Of a stretch of 62,397 nucleotides of DNA, positions 55,728-62,397 are shown one piece after another; position 1 is the stretch's first letter; each line of letters begins with the position of its first letter. Source of the DNA: an uncultured Bacteroidales bacterium. GTDB taxonomy: Bacteria; Bacillota_I; Bacilli_A; ML615J-28; CAG-698. The translations under genes and the position numbers were made by a program. The stretch lies in assembly GCA_964411675.1 (NCBI GenBank), contig CAYPLR010000005.1:1-62397 (forward strand). Reading direction: 5' to 3'. The notes under the pieces are model-generated. The model worked only from the letters and a program-made list of their open reading frames with translations, ran no database searches and was not told the origin of the DNA.

Positions 55728-57461
55728 ATGGATAAGGAAAAACTAAATAATTTACCGAAACAGCCTGGTTGTTATCTTATGAAGAATAAAGATGGCGAGA
55801 TTATTTATGTTGGAAAAGCTAAAAACTTATTTAATCGGGTAAGAAGTTATTTTATTGGAAGTCATGATGGGAAAACAACAGCATTAGTTTCTCAAATAGA
55901 TGATTTTGAATACATCATTACTAGTAGCGAAACAGAAGCGTTTGTATTAGAAATGAACCTAATTAAAAAACATCAACCCCATTATAATATAAAGTTAACG
56001 GATGATAAAAGATATCCATACATTTGCCTTACTTTAGAGGAACATCCTCGTGTTTTTTATACAAGAGAATTAAATAAAAAGGCGAAGTACTACGGTCCAT
56101 ATCCTAATGCGACAGCAGCAAGAGAAGTAGTAGATATCTTAAATAAAGTATATCCATTAAGAAAATGTTATAAACTTCCCAAAAAAGAATGCTTATATTA
56201 TCATTTGGGACAATGTCTTGGTCCTTGCATTAAAGAAGTAACAGCTCGAGATTATGAAAATATCTTACTAGAAATTAATGCTTTTCTGAAAGGAAATAGT
56301 AATGAAAGAATTAAAAATCTTGAGAAAAAAATGAGGCAAGCAAGTGATATTTTAAACTTTGAAAAAGCAAAAGAATATCGAAACATGATTAGAAATCTTG
56401 AGGCGGTTACTGAAAAACAAAAGATGGAATTATCGATTGATGATACAGATGTTTTTGGTTATGTAACAACCGAGAATTATATCAGTGTACAAATATTTCA
56501 TATTAGAGATTATAAAATGGTCGAAAGAACAGGCTTTTTATTAGACCTAATTGATAATTCAGAGGAAACATTTGTCAACTTTATTAACCAATTCTATTTG
56601 GTTGCAGGAAATCCCCTACCTAAAGAAATTTTGTTACCAAAAATAAGTTTTTTGGAACTTGCTGAAGAAATAAAAAATATTAGTTTTATTCCTCAACGTG
56701 GTAAAAAGAAAGAAATGGTTGATTTGGTTATTGTAAATGCTCAAGAAAAAATTGACCTGCTGATCAAAAAAGAAATGAGAAAATATGAAAAGAGCGAAGG
56801 AGCCATGGTTGAATTAGCAAAAATTTTAGAGCTAGATTCCATCAGCAATATTGAAGCTTTTGATAATTCTAACATTCAAGGATCGAGTAGTGTTAGCGCA
56901 ATGGTTTCCTATAAAAATGGATTACCAAATAAAAAAGAATATCGTAAATATAAAGTAAAGACAGTTATTAATGCGGATGATTATCATACCATGGAAGAAG
57001 TAATTGGGCGAAGATATTCAAGACTACAAAAAGAAGGAAAACAATTTCCTGATTTGATTATTGTCGATGGAGGAAAACCACAAGTTACTGCTGCTGAGGA
57101 AGCGCTAAACCATCTTAGTTTACAACTTCCTGTCTTAGGCTTATTTAAAGATGATAATCACAAAACACAAGGTTTGTTTTACAAAAACAAAGAGATTATG
57201 ATAAATAAAAAAAGTGGATTATTCTTATTTCTAACAGCATTACAAGATGAAGTCCATCGATATGCAATTACTTTTCACCATGTAGTTCATACCAAAAACA
57301 TATTTGTTTCTGGACTAGAGAAAATTAAAGGAATTGGTGAAGTAAAGAAAAAACAAATTTTACAGATTCTAGGCAGTGAAAACTTTCTTGAAGAGCTGAA
57401 TGAACTAGCGTTAACTGAGAAGCAAAAGCAAGAGATTGTTAAATTATATGGGGATGAATAA
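55728..57461 (+). CDS. uvrC: Excinuclease ABC subunit C
   Basis: GIY-YIG (PGCYLM..IIYVGKAKNL.RVRSY), Cys cluster, IEAFDNSN, DGGKPQ, DEVHRYA, HhH; start set to ATG 55728 behind GGAGGTG. Confidence 0.97.
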   Translation: MDKEKLNNLPKQPGCYLMKNKDGEIIYVGKAKNLFNRVRSYFIGSHDGKTTALVSQIDDFEYIITSSETEAFVLEMNLIKKHQPHYNIKLTDDKRYPYICLTLEEHPRVFYTRELNKKAKYYGPYPNATAAREVVDILNKVYPLRKCYKLPKKECLYYHLGQCLGPCIKEVTARDYENILLEINAFLKGNSNERIKNLEKKMRQASDILNFEKAKEYRNMIRNLEAVTEKQKMELSIDDTDVFGYVTTENYISVQIFHIRDYKMVERTGFLLDLIDNSEETFVNFINQFYLVAGNPLPKEILLPKISFLELAEEIKNISFIPQRGKKKEMVDLVIVNAQEKIDLLIKKEMRKYEKSEGAMVELAKILELDSISNIEAFDNSNIQGSSSVSAMVSYKNGLPNKKEYRKYKVKTVINADDYHTMEEVIGRRYSRLQKEGKQFPDLIIVDGGKPQVTAAEEALNHLSLQLPVLGLFKDDNHKTQGLFYKNKEIMINKKSGLFLFLTALQDEVHRYAITFHHVVHTKNIFVSGLEKIKGIGEVKKKQILQILGSENFLEELNELALTEKQKQEIVKLYGDE

Positions 57462-57470
57462 GGAGAAAAT

Positions 57471-58325
57471 ATGCGAATTTATGGAAAAGTTTTAAAAGTC
57501 TTTCCAGAAGAAAGAGTTTTAAAAATTGAATATAAAAATAGGTTGTTTTGTCTATACATGACAAGAAAAACCTTTAAAGATTTTGGGCCTTATTTTTACA
57601 AGAAACCATATATATTTGTTGATGTAAAACCGGAATTAAAAAAATATGGGCAATATTATGGCTATGAAATCATTAATTTCATTAAAGTGGTTGAACCAAA
57701 TTTCCGTGAAAAAAGAATATATTATGATATTATAGAAATAAAAAAAGATATTAAAAAATTGATTAACAAAACGAAAAATAAATTATTCATCGATTTGGAA
57801 TTCACACTTCCTGCTTATTATCAATCAATACCCCATGTTGCAGAGATTGTACAATATGGTATTATTGTTGAAAACAGCGAAGGAGAAGTACTTTTTCAAG
57901 ACAGTAATTTAGTAAAACCACTTCGCAAATATGGATTGAATTCAAGAACACTTTCTTTTATTTCTCGTAAAAGAGAGGAATTTGATGAAGCCATCGAGTA
58001 TGAAGAGTTTTACAATTTATTGGAATCTTGCATAAAAAAATACAACTCTAAAATTATTGCTTGGGGTAAAAGTGATATTTTGACACTAGAGCAATCATTT
58101 ATCCTTAATAAAGTTAAACCTTTAGATTTACGAAAAAGTCATATCAATTTAATGCAAGTGATTAAAAATTACTATAATTTAAAAGAGGACTTAGGATTAT
58201 TTAATACCTATCAAGAATATACAAATTCTATTTTAGAGGAACAGACTCACGATGCATTAGAAGATGCAGTAATCACAAGTAGGATCTATCAATTGTTTAA
58301 AGAAAAAATAAATAATGAAAAATAA
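57471..58325 (+). CDS. DEDDh 3'-5' exonuclease (KapD-like) with extra ~100-aa N-terminal domain
   Basis: FIDLEFT, EIVQYG, WGKSD, HDALEDA. Confidence 0.7.
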   Translation: MRIYGKVLKVFPEERVLKIEYKNRLFCLYMTRKTFKDFGPYFYKKPYIFVDVKPELKKYGQYYGYEIINFIKVVEPNFREKRIYYDIIEIKKDIKKLINKTKNKLFIDLEFTLPAYYQSIPHVAEIVQYGIIVENSEGEVLFQDSNLVKPLRKYGLNSRTLSFISRKREEFDEAIEYEEFYNLLESCIKKYNSKIIAWGKSDILTLEQSFILNKVKPLDLRKSHINLMQVIKNYYNLKEDLGLFNTYQEYTNSILEEQTHDALEDAVITSRIYQLFKEKINNEK

Positions 58326-58350
58326 AAAAAGTCGAAATCGACTTTTTTTT
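58324..58350. terminator. Bidirectional terminator
   Basis: AAAAAAAGTCG-AAAT-CGACTTTTTTT between the exonuclease gene and guaA. Confidence 0.85.
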
Positions 58351-59884
58351 ATTCCCATTCTATTGTTCCAGGAGGTTTCGATGTGATATCAAACACAATA
58401 CGATTACATCCGGTTACTTCGTTTACAATACGATTACTAATTTTTGCAAGAATTGGGTAAGGAATTCTTGCCCAATCAGCAGTCATTCCATCAATACTAG
58501 TAATTACTCTAATTGCAACAACATAGTCATAAGTCCGCTTGTCTCCCATGACACCAACACTTTTTGTATTAGTTACCACGGTGAAGGCTTGCCAAACCTC
58601 AGTTTCTAAACGATTGTTTTGAAGTTCTTCTTGTAAAATAGCATCACTTTCTCGAGCGATTCTTAGTTTTTCTTCGGTGATTTCACCAATGACACGAATG
58701 CCTAATCCTGGACCAGGAAATGGTTGACGATTGACAATAAAAGGATGAAGACCTAAAGAAAGACCTAATTGACGTACTTCATCTTTAAATAAATCCTTTA
58801 ATGGTTCTATGACTTTAAACTTCATATCTTTAGGGAGTCCACCAACATTATGATGAGATTTAATGGTTGTAGCTGTTTTTGTTCCTGATTCTATAATATC
58901 TGTATAAAGAGTGCCTTGACCAAGGAAAGAGAAGTCTCCTAGTTTATTCGCTTCGAAATCAAATGTATCGATAAATTCTTTACCAATAATTTTTCGCTTC
59001 TGTTCAGGGTCTGTAATGCCTGATAAAACTTTTAAAAAACGGTCTTTTGCATCAATTTTAACAACATTGATATGATAATATTCATCAAACATTTTCATTA
59101 CTTGATTCGCTTCATTTTTTCTCAATAATCCATGATCAATAAACATACAAGTTAGGTTAGAACCAATCGCTTTATGAATTAATAGAGCAGCAACACTGGA
59201 ATCAACTCCACCAGAAATTCCCATTAGGACTTTTTCCTGACCAACAATTTCTTGTATTTCTTTTATTTTTTCTTGGACATAATTTTTCATATTCCAATTT
59301 GCTTTTGCATGGCATATTTGAAAAACAAAGTTTTTTAAAATCTGTGTTCCATATTCTGTGTTTTGTACTTCAGGATGAAATTGTACTCCGAATAGATTGG
59401 CTTTTGTATCTTCAAAAGCTGCAATACTACATGTTTTTGAAGAAGCGGTAACAGTATAATCTTGAGGGAGAAATACAACTTTATCACCATGACTCATCCA
59501 TACTGTTTGCTTCAATGATGTATCCTGAAATAATGTGGACTCCATATTGGTGGTAATTTCTTGATAGCCATATTCTCTCACGGAAGATTCTTCAATTTTA
59601 CCATTATGATGTTGTGCAATATATTGCATTCCATAACAAATTCCTAAAATAGGAACATTCATTTGAAAGATAGCTTCATTACAAGCAAAAGAATTATTTT
59701 CATATACGGAATGAGGACCACCGCTCAAGATAATTCCTTTGATATTTTTTATTGATTGTAATCTTTCAAGAGAAACATCATAAGGTAAGAGCTCTGAATA
59801 AACTCCCATTTCACGAATTCTGCGAGCAATTAATTGGTTATATTGACTACCAAAATCAAGAACGATTATTATATTTGTCTGCAT
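58349..59884 (-). CDS. guaA: GMP synthase (glutamine-hydrolysing)
   Basis: [47 protein letters not shown]. Confidence 0.98.
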   Translation of the reverse strand: MQTNIIIVLDFGSQYNQLIARRIREMGVYSELLPYDVSLERLQSIKNIKGIILSGGPHSVYENNSFACNEAIFQMNVPILGICYGMQYIAQHHNGKIEESSVREYGYQEITTNMESTLFQDTSLKQTVWMSHGDKVVFLPQDYTVTASSKTCSIAAFEDTKANLFGVQFHPEVQNTEYGTQILKNFVFQICHAKANWNMKNYVQEKIKEIQEIVGQEKVLMGISGGVDSSVAALLIHKAIGSNLTCMFIDHGLLRKNEANQVMKMFDEYYHINVVKIDAKDRFLKVLSGITDPEQKRKIIGKEFIDTFDFEANKLGDFSFLGQGTLYTDIIESGTKTATTIKSHHNVGGLPKDMKFKVIEPLKDLFKDEVRQLGLSLGLHPFIVNRQPFPGPGLGIRVIGEITEEKLRIARESDAILQEELQNNRLETEVWQAFTVVTNTKSVGVMGDKRTYDYVVAIRVITSIDGMTADWARIPYPILAKISNRIVNEVTGCNRIVFDITSKPPGTIEWE

Positions 59885-59891
59885 AATTCAC

Positions 59892-61403
<1,512 letters not shown>

Positions 61404-61439
61404 ATACGAAAAAGAGATTGAAATAATCTTGCTTTGTAT

Positions 61440-61504
61440 GTCTTAGTACCTATTTTTTGGTTAGGTGTAGAAACGATTGAACCATATTATCAATCATATA
61501 AGAC
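61440..61504 (-). ncRNA. Purine (guanine) riboswitch aptamer
   Basis: GUCUUA UAU GAUUGAU AAUAUGG UUCAAUC GUUUCUAC ACCUAA CCAAAAA AUAGGU AC UAAGAC; C at position 74 indicates guanine; GACAUAC/GUAUGUC antiterminator present. Confidence 0.95.
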
Positions 61505-61514
61505 TTTTTTATGT

Positions 61515-61523
61515 ATTATATCA
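61515..61523 (-). promoter_or_regulatory. Extended -10 promoter of riboswitch-guaBA
   Basis: TGA-TATAAT on minus strand about 10 nt upstream of aptamer P1; -35 weak. Confidence 0.6.
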
Positions 61524-61544
61524 CTAAAAGTAAAAAAAGTATAT

Positions 61545-62324
61545 CTAATTTTGTTTTTGATATTCTTTTATTGAAAAACTTGCAGTTACTTCTAGACAAT
61601 CAACAGCTAGTAGTTTTTTAAAATCTGATGGCTTGGTTTTATAATAATATGGCGTCATTTTAAAAAGATTCATTAAGTCATTTTGAGTTAATATCATTTT
61701 ATACTCTAGAATATTTTCATTGATAAGTTTGAAAGAAGGAAGAAAATAGAATTTATCGATATTGGTATGAGGAACATCATAAATAAGCGCTTTTAATTCC
61801 TGTAAATGATTCATATTTGCACTTACTGTGATTAGCTTTCCCCTGGTGTTGAGGATTCTAGCAAATTCTTTGTCACTATAAGGAGCAAAGATATTCAATA
61901 AAATATCACAAGATGTATCAGCTAAGGGAATACTATTATTAGAAGCTACAAGATAAAGCACATCTTTATTTTTCTTTGCTGCAAAATCAATGGCGATTTT
62001 TGAGATGTCAATACCGATATATTTGCCTGGAATCATTTGTGATAAGTGATTGGTATAATATCCAGTCCCACAGCCACAATCAACAACAATAGGATGATCA
62101 TAGGAAAACCTTGAGGCTATCTCTTTGATCATTGGTAAATAAAAATCTTGTTTTAAAAAGCAGTCACGTGCAACTAGCATTTCTTTGGTATCACCAGCGT
62201 TAAAACGGGAGAGTAAGAGGTTCAAATAACCACTCTTAGCTATATCATAATTATGATTGTTGATACATTTATAGGTATAATCCACTTTATTTAATTCTAG
62301 TTTACATTTAGGACAAATTATCAT
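61545..62324 (-). CDS. RlmA-like SAM-dependent methyltransferase with N-terminal Zn finger
   Basis: CPKC...C.NNHNYD.AKSGYLNL, AR..F, DCGCGTGYY, GIDISK, MTPYY. Confidence 0.8.
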   Translation of the reverse strand: MIICPKCKLELNKVDYTYKCINNHNYDIAKSGYLNLLLSRFNAGDTKEMLVARDCFLKQDFYLPMIKEIASRFSYDHPIVVDCGCGTGYYTNHLSQMIPGKYIGIDISKIAIDFAAKKNKDVLYLVASNNSIPLADTSCDILLNIFAPYSDKEFARILNTRGKLITVSANMNHLQELKALIYDVPHTNIDKFYFLPSFKLINENILEYKMILTQNDLMNLFKMTPYYYKTKPSDFKKLLAVDCLEVTASFSIKEYQKQN

Positions 62325-62341
62325 AGGACACCTTTTTGCTT

Positions 62342-62370
62342 ATTATATCATAAAAAAAGAAAAAGGCCAA
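62342..62370 (-). promoter_or_regulatory. Promoter of the methyltransferase gene
   Basis: TTGGCC-17 nt-TATAAT with extended TG; -35 lies within a terminator hairpin. Confidence 0.55.
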
Positions 62371-62380
62371 TAGGCCTTCT
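62352..62380 (-). terminator. Terminator of a minus-strand gene right of the window
   Basis: AGAAGGCC-TATT-GGCCTTTT followed by TCTTTTTTT on minus strand. Confidence 0.65.
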
Positions 62381-62397
62381 AATAAGTCATAAATATA

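Overview
AT-rich, genetic-code-11 (TGA = stop) chromosomal segment from a low-GC Bacillota/Mollicutes-like bacterium. The many GC-lipobox lipoproteins and Bacillus-like gene blocks suggest an Acholeplasmatales/Izemoplasmatales-type lineage (inference only). It is mostly housekeeping: pth-mfd, folD, tRNA-Thr(GGT), dapF, fba, mnmG-rsmG-parA, exoA, msmX, pgk-tpiA, rpsD, iscS-thiI, rimP-nusA-ylxR-ylxQ-infB-rbfA, uvrC, guaBA with a complete guanine riboswitch. No IS, phage or CRISPR is visible. The top observation is the ~400-nt leader (21994-22407) of a polar amino-acid ABC importer. It holds three tandem ~95-nt units, each with an antiterminator arm, a conserved AAAAGAU-[hairpin]-UGAGYAU core showing covariation, and an intrinsic terminator, followed by a 15-codon uORF starting Met-Arg(CGG)-Arg(CGG). 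I cannot match it to an RNA class I know, so it is a candidate new riboswitch or antitermination system. Second is a TetR-controlled operon encoding a BON-GlpA-like FAD dehydrogenase, a NAD(P)/FAD oxidoreductase, an FGGY kinase and an alkyl-DHAP-synthase-like flavoprotein, a possible glycerol-ether or polyol catabolic route. Also notable: X2/thioredoxin tandem lipoproteins, parA without parB, and a ComK-like gene. All family calls come from motif recognition by eye, not database searches.
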